Virus record (IMG/VR): IMGVR_UViG_3300042975_000105
Location: 3,692-67,691 of that record
DNA from: a virus
Taxonomy: Duplodnaviria; Caudoviricetes
Direction: 5' to 3' (one strand)
Length of the DNA: 64,000 nt
The first letter of the stretch is position 1, and each line of letters opens with the position of its first letter. A program made the position numbers and the translations under genes. Below are positions 10,374 to 20,287 of the stretch, one piece after another. The notes beneath the pieces are model-generated. The model made no database searches. It saw nothing but the letters and a program-made list of their open reading frames with translations, and was not told the DNA's origin.

Positions 10374-10655
10374 TCAAAAGCGGCTGCGCCGCACACCGAA
10401 CAATAACCACCGCAGCATCTTCAGCAGTCCGGAATAATCCGCTTCTTCCCGGTGCTCATACAAAAAGGCGGCGGCATACAGAATGGCTTCATGGAATACG
10501 ACCGGGTTTTCTTCGGCATCCGCTTCCTCGCAGCGGGCCAGGTCCAAGCACAACGCCTGGGCCGTTTCCAGGGATGACAGGATGACGTCATCATTCGACG
10601 TGTCATCCTCATCAATCCGCAGATATTCCCTGGCTTCTTCCAGGCTGACCAACAT
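10374..10655 (-). CDS. Head-tail connector (gp6-like)
   Basis: VSLEEAREYLRID...AILYAAAFLYEHRE. Confidence 0.85.
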   Translation of the reverse strand: MLVSLEEAREYLRIDEDDTSNDDVILSSLETAQALCLDLARCEEADAEENPVVFHEAILYAAAFLYEHREEADYSGLLKMLRWLLFGVRRSRF

Positions 10656-10658
10656 GGC

Positions 10659-11849
10659 TTATGCCTTCGCTTTCACATCGAGAGCCCTGACCGCTTCCGG
10701 GAGCATCAGCATACCATCGACGCGCTGGCTGGCGAGGAAGCCAATCTGGCCGTTGGCTGCATACAGTTCATTGAGGCGCTTGAAGGAGCGGGATTCCCTA
10801 TCGGCAATCCAGTAATAGCTGAAGTCGCCAAAGAGGACCGGACGATTGCCGGCAGCCAGTTCCGGCGCAAAAGAGGTGCTGTAACAGGGGCGGTTCAGGA
10901 TGGTATCCGGAGTCCCCGCCGTAATGGACGGCTGCCAGATGTAGTTGCCGTTGTTGTCCTTGACCTTGCGCAGAGCCTTGATGGTAGAATCGTTCAGGAG
11001 CCATACGGCCTTGCGACGATACGGGATGCGCAGGGAATGGTACAAATCGATGACATCATCGAAGGTGATAGAAGCCCCATTGGCAGTGACGCCCAATTCC
11101 GCAGACGGGAATACGCCGGTCGGCTTGCTCTTGCCATCACCGACGAGGAAGGCTTCTTCTTCCTTCGTGCCGATACGGCGGGCAAATTCACTGGAGATAT
11201 AGCTTTCCAAGTCGAAAGCGTTATCGTTCAGGAGTTCTTCCGAAACGCGGATGGCCGTCCCCAGTTTATAGGCCCCGATGGACTGCTGGCCGAAGGTATC
11301 CTGACTGTCCGGATACAGGCCGTTTTCTTCCATCCAGGCGGCTTCGCCATGCCCCGTTACGATGGGGATCTTACGGTCGCCGCTGGTATGGATAATCGTC
11401 GCCAGGCTGCGGAAGAAGTTCTCTTCCTGGAGTTTGTCGATGAGCTGATGCTCAAATTCATCCGGCACCAGATAGCCGCCATCGGCATCGGTACCTACGC
11501 TCAAGGCATTCTGCACATCAACGAAATTTTTATGCCGGATGCTGTCCCAGAAGGCCTTCTTGTAAGCGTTGGATGCACGGCCTTTCTTCTCACCTTCCGG
11601 ATTCGGTTTGCCCGGCTGTTCTACAATAGGTGCCGAAGTCGGCTGAGCCATCATGGCATCCATACGCTGCTGGCGTTCCAAGCGGTCGATTTCCTTGCCC
11701 AGATTCACCACATCCGCTTCCATCTTGTCGTAACGGGCGGCGTCTTCGGCGGACACCATGCCGTTTTCATCACGCACCGTATCCAGGAAAGTCTTGGCGG
11801 ATTCCCAGAGGTTCTTTCTCTTTTCACGCAGTGCTAAAATCGTATCCAT
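10659..11849 (-). CDS. Major capsid protein, HK97 fold
   Basis: N-terminal coiled-coil delta domain, GGYLVPDEF, SEELLND, GDGKSKPTG, FGDFSYY motifs. Confidence 0.95.
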   Translation of the reverse strand: MDTILALREKRKNLWESAKTFLDTVRDENGMVSAEDAARYDKMEADVVNLGKEIDRLERQQRMDAMMAQPTSAPIVEQPGKPNPEGEKKGRASNAYKKAFWDSIRHKNFVDVQNALSVGTDADGGYLVPDEFEHQLIDKLQEENFFRSLATIIHTSGDRKIPIVTGHGEAAWMEENGLYPDSQDTFGQQSIGAYKLGTAIRVSEELLNDNAFDLESYISSEFARRIGTKEEEAFLVGDGKSKPTGVFPSAELGVTANGASITFDDVIDLYHSLRIPYRRKAVWLLNDSTIKALRKVKDNNGNYIWQPSITAGTPDTILNRPCYSTSFAPELAAGNRPVLFGDFSYYWIADRESRSFKRLNELYAANGQIGFLASQRVDGMLMLPEAVRALDVKAKA

Positions 11850-11864
11850 TATGTTTTCCTCCTA

Positions 11865-12569
11865 TCAATGAATAAGTAATGCCAGCCGCTTTTCCAAATC
11901 AGCGGCTGGCACGTTCTGTAAGGGTTTCTTCGGTTTTAATTTCTGTACAAAGGAATTCGTCACCGTGACCGGGCTGTACAGCATAGCCTCCGGCTGTTCC
12001 TCTCCTTCTTTCTGGTCAAAGAGAATTTCATCGGCAAAGCCCAGTTCTACAGCTTTGCGGGCATTGAGCCAGGTTTCATTGTCCATCATGTGGGCAATCT
12101 TCGTGCGGGCCAGGCCGCTCTTGATTTCATAGGCATTGATGATGCTTTCCTTGACCTCGCTCAACATGCCGATGGTCTTTTCCATCTCGGCTTTGTCCCC
12201 GTATGCCATGGTAGCTGGATTATGAATCATCAGGATAGCCACCGGCGACATGCAGACTTTTGTGCCGGCCATAGCAATGACCGAGGCCGCTGAAGCTGCC
12301 AGGCCATCAATTTTCACGGTGACATTTCCCGGATACTCCATGAGCATGTTATAAATCTGAGCAGCCGCAAAGCAGTCACCGCCCGGACTGTTGATCCAGA
12401 GGGTAATATCGCCGCTGCCTGCGTTCAGTTCATCCTTGAAAGCCTTCGGCGTCACCTCGTCACCCCACCAGGTTTCATCTGAAATCTGGCCATCCAGGTA
12501 CAATGTCCGTTCACTGCCAAAGGCATCGGGTGCTTCATTGGTCACCCACCGCCAAAATTTATGTTTCAT
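11865..12569 (-). CDS. ClpP-like prohead protease
   Basis: WINSPGGD, GLAASAAS, MIHNP, ETWLNA..AVELGFAD. Confidence 0.92.
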   Translation of the reverse strand: MKHKFWRWVTNEAPDAFGSERTLYLDGQISDETWWGDEVTPKAFKDELNAGSGDITLWINSPGGDCFAAAQIYNMLMEYPGNVTVKIDGLAASAASVIAMAGTKVCMSPVAILMIHNPATMAYGDKAEMEKTIGMLSEVKESIINAYEIKSGLARTKIAHMMDNETWLNARKAVELGFADEILFDQKEGEEQPEAMLYSPVTVTNSFVQKLKPKKPLQNVPAADLEKRLALLIH

Positions 12570-13816
12570 TCGTTTCTCCCTTCTGCGCAAAAGCTCCGGC
12601 ATCCTTAAGCTTGGTCATACTGCCGTTCACCAGGTACAGGTTGCCGCCTTCCTCATCGGGTACGGGATTCATGTCTTCCATCTCCCGGATATCGTTGGCG
12701 GACAGCCAGCCGTTCTGTCGGCCGATGCTGTAGCCGGTCATGCGGCTCTCGTAGTCGCCGCGCATGAGACCGTTCACATTGAATTTCAGGAAATACTGCT
12801 TCTTCTCTTCCGGCAGGAACAGAGCTTTCTGCATGGCCTGCTCCCAGCGGATGACCCAGGGGTCCAGGGTATATTTCACGAACTCCATGGACTGCTGCTC
12901 GATATTATTGAAGGAACTTTTCTCCAGGTCGCCAATCATATGCGGCGGGATACGGTACAATCTGGCAATCTCATCGAGCTGGAACTTCCGTGTTTCCAGG
13001 AACTGTGCTTCTTCCGGCGGGATGCCGATCTGCTGGTACTTCATGCCTTCTTCCAGCACCGCCACCTTATGGGCGTTTCCCGTCCCCCGGTAGACAGCGT
13101 TCCAAGAATCCCGGACTTTGGCCGGGTCTTTCAAAACTCCCGGATGCTCCAGCACCCCGCTGGGACTGGCCCCATTGGCAAAGAAAGACGCGCCGTATTC
13201 CTCACAGGCCATGGTCATGCCCACGGCATTGCGGGCCATGGCAATCGGTGAATAGCCAACCAGGCCATCAAAGCCAAGGCCGGGGATATGCAGCACTTCT
13301 TCCTTCTGTCAGGGCCACCTGCCCATACGGTTTGATATTCGGATTCTCATCACTGGTCTTGGTGTACAGATAGAAAATCCGGCCCCGGTCGTCCCGGCAC
13401 ACACTCATCTTGTCCGGCCGCAGAGGATAAAGTCCTTGCACCCGGCCCAGGCGGTCCCTGATAATCTGCGCATAGGCATTCCCCCAGATGAGCAGATGAC
13501 TCATGAGCGTTTCCCGGAAGATGAACGACGTCATCTCCGGATTCGGCTCATCATGGAGCAGATGATAGAGCGGATGATTATAGACCCGTTCCTTGCCGGT
13601 TGCAGTATAGCAGTACATCTGGAGCGGCAAAGCCGCCAGTGTTTCCGCAAGGATGCGGACGCAGGCATAAACCGCCGTTGTCTGCATGGCCGTGAACTCA
13701 TTCACCAGCTTTCCACTTGTGGAAGGCCCGAACAGATAGCGGAAGTCCGTGCCGATGTAATAGTTCTGAGGCTTATCCCTTGACTTGAAAAGCTTGGATA
13801 AAAATGGAATCTTCAT
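12559..13816 (-). pseudogene. HK97-family portal protein split by a +1 frameshift near 13309
   Basis: ORFs 13268-13816 and 12559-13296 join (GQVALQKEEVLHIPGLGFDG) when one base is removed from CTGACAGAAG. Confidence 0.9.
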
Positions 13817-13905
13817 GGAAAACCTCCAAATCTTGATATTGAAGAATCAAAATAGTATAATTAATTCTATAGATTAGATTTTATGGGGAAAGGCGGTGGT
13901 TCTAA

Positions 13906-14121
13906 ATGGTGTCAGAAGAAAAAAAGAAGCATATGATGACCTTGATCAAGCGATATAGGTCAACTGCTATTACGCATAAGAAAAAAGCAGATAGATTATG
14001 GGCCTATGCTAAAAATGATAAAGGAGATTACAATTACGGTTTGGCAAAAGAATTCTACAGACGAGCCAAAGAATGTGAAGAAAAAGCGGATTCTTTAGAA
14101 GAAGAACTCAAAAGCTTATAA
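13906..14121 (+). CDS. Small basic helical protein (moron)
   Basis: AT-rich ORF on the opposite strand between terL and portal, upstream GGCGGTGG/AAGG RBS-like sequence. Confidence 0.6.
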   Translation: MVSEEKKKHMMTLIKRYRSTAITHKKKADRLWAYAKNDKGDYNYGLAKEFYRRAKECEEKADSLEEELKSL

Positions 14122-14165
14122 AAACATAAGTAATTTTTTAGTTTGCACAATATAGGAGGATTCTT

Positions 14166-14378
14166 ATGGAATTTGGAAAAATTTTGGGTAATATTGCACG
14201 AGCTGGATTAGATGACCTAAGAAAAAAACAGGCACAAATGGACGAGGGATACGAAGAAAGTTTTGGCTTTTCAGATGAAGAGCTATTACGCCGTGCCAGA
14301 AGCCATGGTTACGGTTATAGAAGATTAGGTTACATAAAGGCAGCAGAAGAGAGAGGGTTGATTAGAAGGAAAGATTAA
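14166..14378 (+). CDS. Small hypothetical protein (moron)
   Basis: Strong RBS AGGAGGA before ATG 14166; AT-rich. Confidence 0.65.
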   Translation: MEFGKILGNIARAGLDDLRKKQAQMDEGYEESFGFSDEELLRRARSHGYGYRRLGYIKAAEERGLIRRKD

Positions 14379-14427
14379 AGCATCCAATGGCCTAAAATAA
14401 AACATATTTAAATTCCAGTTCTTTTTA

Positions 14428-17109
14428 TTAAAACGAAAGTACGCCCCGTTCATCATAGACGCTGCCGCCGCCTGTCCCGTTGCGGATGCAGCGATCCAGC
14501 GCCATGATGGACGCCACGATTCCGTCGATTTTTTCGACGGATTTTTCTTTATCCGGCTTAATGTTTCCCGCAGGGTCCTGCCTCATGACAACATTGCCCG
14601 CCATCCATTTGAGAACAGGATTTCCGCCATGGATGATATTCCCTTCCATCAGGAGCTTGAACAGCTCCTTCGAAGGCGGCGACATGTCTTTGAATCCTTG
14701 GCCAAAAGGCACCATGGTAAGGCCCATGTCTTCCAGATTTTGCACCATCTGGGTGGCGTTCCAGCGGTCATAGGCGATTTCCCGTATGTTGTAGGTTTCG
14801 CCCAGACGTTCGATGAATTTCTCAATAAATCCGTAGTGGATGACGTTCCCTTCAGTTGTCTGGATGAAGCCCTGCTTCTGCCAGACATCATAAAACACAT
14901 GGTCGCGCCGGCAGCGCAGTTCCAGCGTGTCTTTTGGCAGCCAGAAGAACGGCAGCAGGATATATTTCTCATCCTCCGTCCGTGGCGGGAAAGCCAGGAC
15001 CAGGGCCGTGATATCTGAAGTGCTGGATAAGTCCAGGCCGGCATAACACATCCTCCCCCGAAGGGCATCCCGGTCGATGGGAAGATTCCCCTTGTCGTAG
15101 ACCTGCTCCGGAATCCAGCGGATGCTGGCACTGGTCCAGATGTTCAGACGGAGCTGCTTGAACACATTTTCTTCAGCAGGATTCTCGATGGCGTTCTGAT
15201 ATGCTTCCCGGACGCGGTCGATCTGGATGGTGTGGCCAAGGGAGGGATTCGCTTTGTACCAGTTGGCTTCATCCGTCCAGTCATCCTCTTCTGTAAGTCC
15301 ATAGACAACAGGATAAAAGGCAGGGTCCTTCTTCCGCCCGGCCATGAGGTCGAGGGCTTTCGTGTGCAGTTCATAACAGATACTGTTCTTATCGTTGCCC
15401 GCCGTGGTGATGATGAAGAAGAGCGGCTGCTCCCGGGCATCACCGGACCCTTTCGTCAGGACATCATAAAGATGACGGTTCGGCTGGGCATGGATTTCGT
15501 CAAAGACCAGTCCCGAAACATTCAGACCATGCTTGGTATTATGCGTAATAAACCCATTCGTCACATGGGTCTGATAGTGTTCCATCTCAATAGAAATTGT
15601 CTTTTGCGGTGAAAGTTCACTAATTTCAGAAATCACTTCAGATTCACACGCTCTTTGATGATGGTGAATACCCCGTTCAATTATGTTTTGAAATCGTTCT
15701 CTCTTTCTAGGATGCACCATATATGGACAAACAAGATTCCATAATTTTTCCAGCTGTCCATACGTCGATACCGTGATGTTGAATCGTGTCTCGATAGAAG
15801 CGTTGATGCCCAGGCGAGCCAATAAGGTCTGGCACTCCTGACGCATCCTTCGGCTGACCGAGGAGATAAACATATTTCCCCGGCATTTTGGATCCGCTAC
15901 ACAGCCATCTGTATCAATCAAGCCAGCCAAAAAGGCAGCCCACACGTCAGGACTGCCTTTCCATATTACATCGGGTATGTGTTTGGTATCAGCTTTTGCT
16001 TTCTGTCCGAAATGAGTACGAATCCACTCACGCCCGGGGCTTTTCCTTCGCTTCCCAAGGCCGATAATATGATGCTCAATAGGGCCCTGATAACGGTCTT
16101 TTCCTTCTTGTTTTTGCCGTGTTGAATACTCGGAACGCAGGGTAGAGCCAATCGATTCCATAAATCGCCTCATCTTTTGTATTACCGGCGGGTCTGGGTT
16201 GATGAAGCGAAAATGCGAACAGTCTCCATCTCCTGCCCAGGCGCCAAGCGCCCATGCTTCCAGTTCCGATATGCTATGCTCCCCACTATATTCATACGGC
16301 CATCCCAATGCTGGGGCAACCCGGTCTTTCAAAACCAGTGAGTCCGCTTGCTGCCAATCGTACCGGTGCGTCAGATCCTGCCGTCTTCGCCCTGCAAGCA
16401 TATAGTAAAATGGGTGCTTTTCTGTAACTGTGATTTCCCGATTCTTTGTAGTCCGTATTCGAAGAACCGGGGCCGGTGCTTCTACTCGTACCGACTTCAC
16501 TTTATCAAACACCATCGTCAGTCCATCAGCAGCAAGAATTTCATCGCCCGCCTTCACATGATCAGCGCGGGTCAGCGTACCATCTTTTCGCTGTAAAATA
16601 GTATTGGGAGACAGGCATCCAGTTTCTGCAGACAGTACCTGATAAAAACCCGCATTGCGGTAATTGATGATGCGCTTCCCTGCCGTACGTATCTTGGAGC
16701 GGCGCATGAGCGCAGGACTCATTTCGACCATCTGGCGGGCCACATCAAAGACGATGGACGCCTGATTGCGGTCACAAGCGGCGCCATAGACTTCGGCACT
16801 TGGCTCATTATCAGCATAAAGAAGATACAGGGCAATGGCTGCTGCCAGCTCCGACTTCCCTTGCTTTTTTGGAATCTCTATATAAGCCGTCAGGAACTGC
16901 CGCTTCCCGTTCTCCTTGACGATGCCGAAGAGATCACGCACAATCTGTTCCTGCCACGGCAGGAGCAGGAACGGCTGCCCGGCCCATTTGCCTTTTGTAT
17001 GACAGAGATTTTCGATGAAGGCAACCGCCCTGTCGGCCTTGTCCTTGTCGTAATGGGAATCCGGCAGCATGAACGCTGACGGCCTATATACAAATGCCAA
17101 ACCACTCAC
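14428..17109 (-). CDS. terL: Terminase large subunit containing an intein
   Basis: Walker A EIPKKQGKS, Walker B LVFDEIH, nuclease GLDLSSTSD and KIDG motifs; 360-aa insert leaves a 533-aa mature protein. Confidence 0.95.
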   Translation of the reverse strand: MSGLAFVYRPSAFMLPDSHYDKDKADRAVAFIENLCHTKGKWAGQPFLLLPWQEQIVRDLFGIVKENGKRQFLTAYIEIPKKQGKSELAAAIALYLLYADNEPSAEVYGAACDRNQASIVFDVARQMVEMSPALMRRSKIRTAGKRIINYRNAGFYQVLSAETGCLSPNTILQRKDGTLTRADHVKAGDEILAADGLTMVFDKVKSVRVEAPAPVLRIRTTKNREITVTEKHPFYYMLAGRRRQDLTHRYDWQQADSLVLKDRVAPALGWPYEYSGEHSISELEAWALGAWAGDGDCSHFRFINPDPPVIQKMRRFMESIGSTLRSEYSTRQKQEGKDRYQGPIEHHIIGLGKRRKSPGREWIRTHFGQKAKADTKHIPDVIWKGSPDVWAAFLAGLIDTDGCVADPKCRGNMFISSVSRRMRQECQTLLARLGINASIETRFNITVSTYGQLEKLWNLVCPYMVHPRKRERFQNIIERGIHHHQRACESEVISEISELSPQKTISIEMEHYQTHVTNGFITHNTKHGLNVSGLVFDEIHAQPNRHLYDVLTKGSGDAREQPLFFIITTAGNDKNSICYELHTKALDLMAGRKKDPAFYPVVYGLTEEDDWTDEANWYKANPSLGHTIQIDRVREAYQNAIENPAEENVFKQLRLNIWTSASIRWIPEQVYDKGNLPIDRDALRGRMCYAGLDLSSTSDITALVLAFPPRTEDEKYILLPFFWLPKDTLELRCRRDHVFYDVWQKQGFIQTTEGNVIHYGFIEKFIERLGETYNIREIAYDRWNATQMVQNLEDMGLTMVPFGQGFKDMSPPSKELFKLLMEGNIIHGGNPVLKWMAGNVVMRQDPAGNIKPDKEKSVEKIDGIVASIMALDRCIRNGTGGGSVYDERGVLSF
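15538..16617 (-). mobile_element. Intein with in-frame LAGLIDADG homing endonuclease (360 aa)
   Basis: Starts CLSPNT after SAETG; block B ITVTEKHPF; LGAWAGDG and FLAGLIDTDG motifs; ends GFITHN followed by Thr. Confidence 0.93.
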
Positions 17110-17576
17110 CCCCTTAGAATCAATTCCATTTCATCGACATCTTTGTCGCCACTTGTTTCTTCCCCAATCATGCGGCTCCGGGCAGATGGCGTCAGGCCGA
17201 ACTGCTCGCAGAATTTCAGCATGATTTTGAGATTGGTCTGGGCGATAGACACCTGCGGCACCTGCTGCAGGTAACCATTCGGCGTCCGCACCATATCCCC
17301 ATGCCGGGTAATGAATTCTTCCGCCCCTTTCCAGCGGGCGTATGCCTGGCAGTAGCCGGCAAAGGCCATCATATCCAGATTGGTCAGCATGCCCATCTCA
17401 GCAAGGATTTTCCCCAGCCGCTTCCATTCTTTCTTGGCATCGTATTCCAGCCAGTCCGGGCAGCGAGGGAGCCGTCCCTTTGGCATGGGTTCCTTCTTAT
17501 TGAGGGGACGATGGCCGGGATTGCCTTCCAGCACCTTGAGTGCCGTCGGCTTCGGTTTTCTTCCTCGTACAGCCAA
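17106..17576 (-). CDS. terS: Terminase small subunit, P27 family
   Basis: GRKPKPTALKVLEGNPG, KKEWKRL, FGLTPSARSR. Confidence 0.92.
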   Translation of the reverse strand: MAVRGRKPKPTALKVLEGNPGHRPLNKKEPMPKGRLPRCPDWLEYDAKKEWKRLGKILAEMGMLTNLDMMAFAGYCQAYARWKGAEEFITRHGDMVRTPNGYLQQVPQVSIAQTNLKIMLKFCEQFGLTPSARSRMIGEETSGDKDVDEMELILRG

Positions 17577-17594
17577 TGGCGCTCACCTCCCAAT

Positions 17595-17613
17595 AAAAAA
17601 GCCCTTGCGGGCT
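17595..17613 (-). terminator. Rho-independent terminator upstream of terS
   Basis: Minus strand AGCCC-GCAA-GGGCT followed by a T-run. Confidence 0.55.
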
Positions 17614-17742
17614 GTACGACAGAGGGGACCGCATCTGCGTTCCCCTCGGGTTCTCTTTTTTAATTCTTCATGACCCATTCGATGGCGTGGCCATTGTCTT
17701 CGAACAGTTCGACGCTGACTGCCTATCCGATATTTATGCATC

Positions 17743-18354
17743 TTATTTGATGACTTCCCATTCGTCGGTTCCGGGTATCAGCCCAAGACTGCTGCCTGTA
17801 TCCCACTGTACATGGATGGTCCCAGCATCATCGACGAACTGGACGGTGCCTTCCGTTCCCTTAGGCGGAGCTTGCCTGTCATCCATGGCGATAAGCCGGA
17901 CCCGCGTTCCTTCCATCCGTTCCCGACTGTGCCGTAGGCCGGCCCGCAGGATGGACAGGTCGAAACCGAACCTGCGGTAATCCCGCTCCATGTTCTGATA
18001 ATACCAGTCCTCTGGACTACCGAACCGCCGGTCTTCGTGCATGATGTACACAAGACCGCTGATGATGCCGTCATCTGTTTCCACATCCACTTCTTTTTTA
18101 TAATAGAACCGCGGGAAGCCTTCATAGGCATCGAGCCGCCGTTCATCCGCCGGAGAAATGCGCCAGAAAACAACCGGCACGAAGGCACCCGCCTTCTTCT
18201 CGATCGTGGCGTAACATCCTGTCAGGGAACCTTTGAAGAGGAGTTCATAGCCCCGGATTCGGCCCGTCCCTGAAAGAACGGCGTCAGGACACCGTCTTGC
18301 CATCTGTACTTCACTCATGTTGCTGCCGTAGGCAATGTAGATTCTTTGTTTCAT
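17743..18354 (-). CDS. Gamma-glutamylcyclotransferase fused to a DUF4314-like domain
   Basis: YIAYGSNM and LDAYEG GGCT motifs; C-terminal GTRVRL..MDD..APPKGTEGTV..VDD.GTIHVQWD.GSSL. Confidence 0.8.
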   Translation of the reverse strand: MKQRIYIAYGSNMSEVQMARRCPDAVLSGTGRIRGYELLFKGSLTGCYATIEKKAGAFVPVVFWRISPADERRLDAYEGFPRFYYKKEVDVETDDGIISGLVYIMHEDRRFGSPEDWYYQNMERDYRRFGFDLSILRAGLRHSRERMEGTRVRLIAMDDRQAPPKGTEGTVQFVDDAGTIHVQWDTGSSLGLIPGTDEWEVIK

Positions 18355-18430
18355 CGCTCTCATCCTTTCTGAAGGGATTGCCCTTCTACCACCCCAAGGG
18401 CAGCCAAAGCTGCCCGTAAGGCTATCCCCT

Positions 18431-19330
18431 TCAAGCGGCGGCATTGCGCCATGCGGAATTGCCTGTGAGGTGTTTCAGGAAGTGGAGCCGGCAGGTCTTG
18501 AATTCGTCGCCGATAAGTCCCAGCCGGAGCATCCAGCACCGGAAGGCATATTTTTCATTGTCTGTTTCGGTCTTCCGTGCCGAGGCTTTCTTCTGCGTAA
18601 GAGCCTGATGGGCAACCGCAAGGCAGAACTGGATGTAGGCCTTGATTTCGCCGGCGTGTAAGGTGCCGTTGAAAAGGCGGAACTCGACGGTTCCTTTGGT
18701 GAAGGTGGCATGCAGGTTCAGCCCGTGATAGCGGGTGCTGTTGTAATGATGGTCCCGTCCGTAAGGCGCTTCCTGATACCAGAGATCGGCGATGCCGTCC
18801 AGTGTGTCCGGCTTTTTCCGGTTGAGATCCTTCAGGAACGTGGTATTCGTCTTCCGGCAGTACCGCCTTTCCCGCGAGGGGTTGATCTGGAGAGCGCGGT
18901 AAATCATGTCTTCCTTGCTCGCCATGATGTTCACCAGATTCCGCAGGGTCTTCGGCGTGAACCGTTCCGCACCCACATGGATGTGGATGCCGCAAGAGCT
19001 GTTGGCGAAGGCGCCAGCCTTGCGCAAGGTGCGGATGAGTTCCTGCAGGCTCGGGATGTCGTCGTAGGAAAGGATGGGGCTGACCACTTCGGTGCGGTAG
19101 TTCGTCGAAGCTTCAACGGTGCGTCCGCCGACCTTCTTTTCGGGATACAGGCTGGAGTCGTTCATGGCTTTCCATTTCCGTCCCTGTCCGTCTTCTGCAA
19201 TGTAGGTATCGTAAGCTCCGCCTGCGTGGTATTTGCTCCCGGTCCCGAAGAAGGTGGCCATCAGACTGGCCGCCTTGCTGCGGGTAATCCCTGTCATTTC
19301 GATTTCGATGCCAAAGTGCTGTGTTTTCAT
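18431..19330 (-). CDS. Phage amidoligase (COOH-NH2 ligase family)
   Basis: FGIEIE, TEVVSP, SCGIHIHVG, RYHGLNL, TVEFRLFNGT. Confidence 0.87.
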   Translation of the reverse strand: MKTQHFGIEIEMTGITRSKAASLMATFFGTGSKYHAGGAYDTYIAEDGQGRKWKAMNDSSLYPEKKVGGRTVEASTNYRTEVVSPILSYDDIPSLQELIRTLRKAGAFANSSCGIHIHVGAERFTPKTLRNLVNIMASKEDMIYRALQINPSRERRYCRKTNTTFLKDLNRKKPDTLDGIADLWYQEAPYGRDHHYNSTRYHGLNLHATFTKGTVEFRLFNGTLHAGEIKAYIQFCLAVAHQALTQKKASARKTETDNEKYAFRCWMLRLGLIGDEFKTCRLHFLKHLTGNSAWRNAAA

Positions 19331-19374
19331 AATTATCTCTGTCCTTTCTATGTGTGCGTGTGTTCTTTCGGTAC

Positions 19375-19408
19375 ACTATATATCACTCTAAAGGCACACA
19401 ATAGCAAG
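19375..19408 (-). promoter_or_regulatory. Conserved promoter-like motif CTTGCTA-N12-AGAGTGATATA, copy upstream of the amidoligase
   Basis: Same motif and 12-nt spacing at 20258-20287, 47945-47974 and 53232-53261. Confidence 0.65.
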
Positions 19409-19430
19409 TCATTTTGAGAATAATTATGGA

Positions 19431-20225
19431 TTAATTTTCCGGATTCTGTGCTTTACGCTGACGGCGTGCCCGAATCCGCTCACTATGCTGTTTCGCTTCT
19501 TCTTCCGTGCGGAAGGCACTCCAGCCGTTGAGGTCTTTCATCAAGGCCATGCGGGATTCATGGCTGGCTTTGGTTCCCATGCCGATGCGCAGGAGCCAGC
19601 TCCTGAAGTAGTACTTTTCGTTCTCCGGTTTCTTCACCGCAGGCTGTACCCGCTTTGCCTTGCGGGCCGCGATGATCAGGAAGGCGAAGAGTTCCACCAT
19701 GGCCCGGTTCTTTACGGTGTTCCCCGTGTCGGCAAAGCAGAAGGTCGCCGATTCTTCATTCAGGCGGATGCCCTTATTGCCGTTCTGGCAGACACCGTAC
19801 ACCTTAAAGAAGGAAGCGGCGTCGGTCAGGGCGGCTTCTTTCAGGGCCGTTACGCAGTCTTCTGTAATACGGAAGTTCTCGGAGCCTGCAGCGCGGTTCA
19901 GCAGGTACTGCTGGGCGCTTAGGGTGAAGATCAGGCTGCGGAGGTGGATGCCGTCCATCCCGTCAATGGGAACACCGACTTCGATGGTTTCCGTTTCGGT
20001 GTCTGCTTCCGGTTCCACCAGCCCTTCCTCTTCGAGGAAGCGACGCAGGGCCTGCTGTGTCTTTTCGTCATCGCATTCGATTTCCCCGCTACGGAGGATG
20101 CGGAAGCCGTGGCCTTCAAAGGCGAAGGTCGGGGTCCCTGCGTAGTGAAGCTTTTCGTTATGGTTGAAGGGAATCAGGCGTTTCGCCAGTTCCTTGCGGT
20201 CGTCCAGATTGGTTTTGATGGTCAT
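19431..20225 (-). CDS. Conserved phage protein sharing the amidoligase C-terminal motif
   Basis: ENEKYYFRSWLLRIG...R..LMKDLNGWSAFR resembles the amidoligase tail DNEKYAFRCWMLRLG; homolog at 52515-53198. Confidence 0.65.
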   Translation of the reverse strand: MTIKTNLDDRKELAKRLIPFNHNEKLHYAGTPTFAFEGHGFRILRSGEIECDDEKTQQALRRFLEEEGLVEPEADTETETIEVGVPIDGMDGIHLRSLIFTLSAQQYLLNRAAGSENFRITEDCVTALKEAALTDAASFFKVYGVCQNGNKGIRLNEESATFCFADTGNTVKNRAMVELFAFLIIAARKAKRVQPAVKKPENEKYYFRSWLLRIGMGTKASHESRMALMKDLNGWSAFRTEEEAKQHSERIRARRQRKAQNPEN

Positions 20226-20257
20226 AAGTATGTACCTCCTTTTTTTTTGTTAGTACA

Positions 20258-20287
20258 TATATCACTCTGAACGCCGATAATAGCAAG
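20258..20287 (-). promoter_or_regulatory. CTTGCTA-N12-AGAGTGATATA motif copy
   Basis: Forward TATATCACTCT 20258-20268, TAGCAAG 20281-20287; upstream of gene 20225. Confidence 0.65.

Noticed and set aside
15966-16405. Alternative-frame ORFs inside the terL intein
   Set aside because: Short, motif-free, and the LAGLIDADG nuclease is already in frame, unlike the polymerase intein
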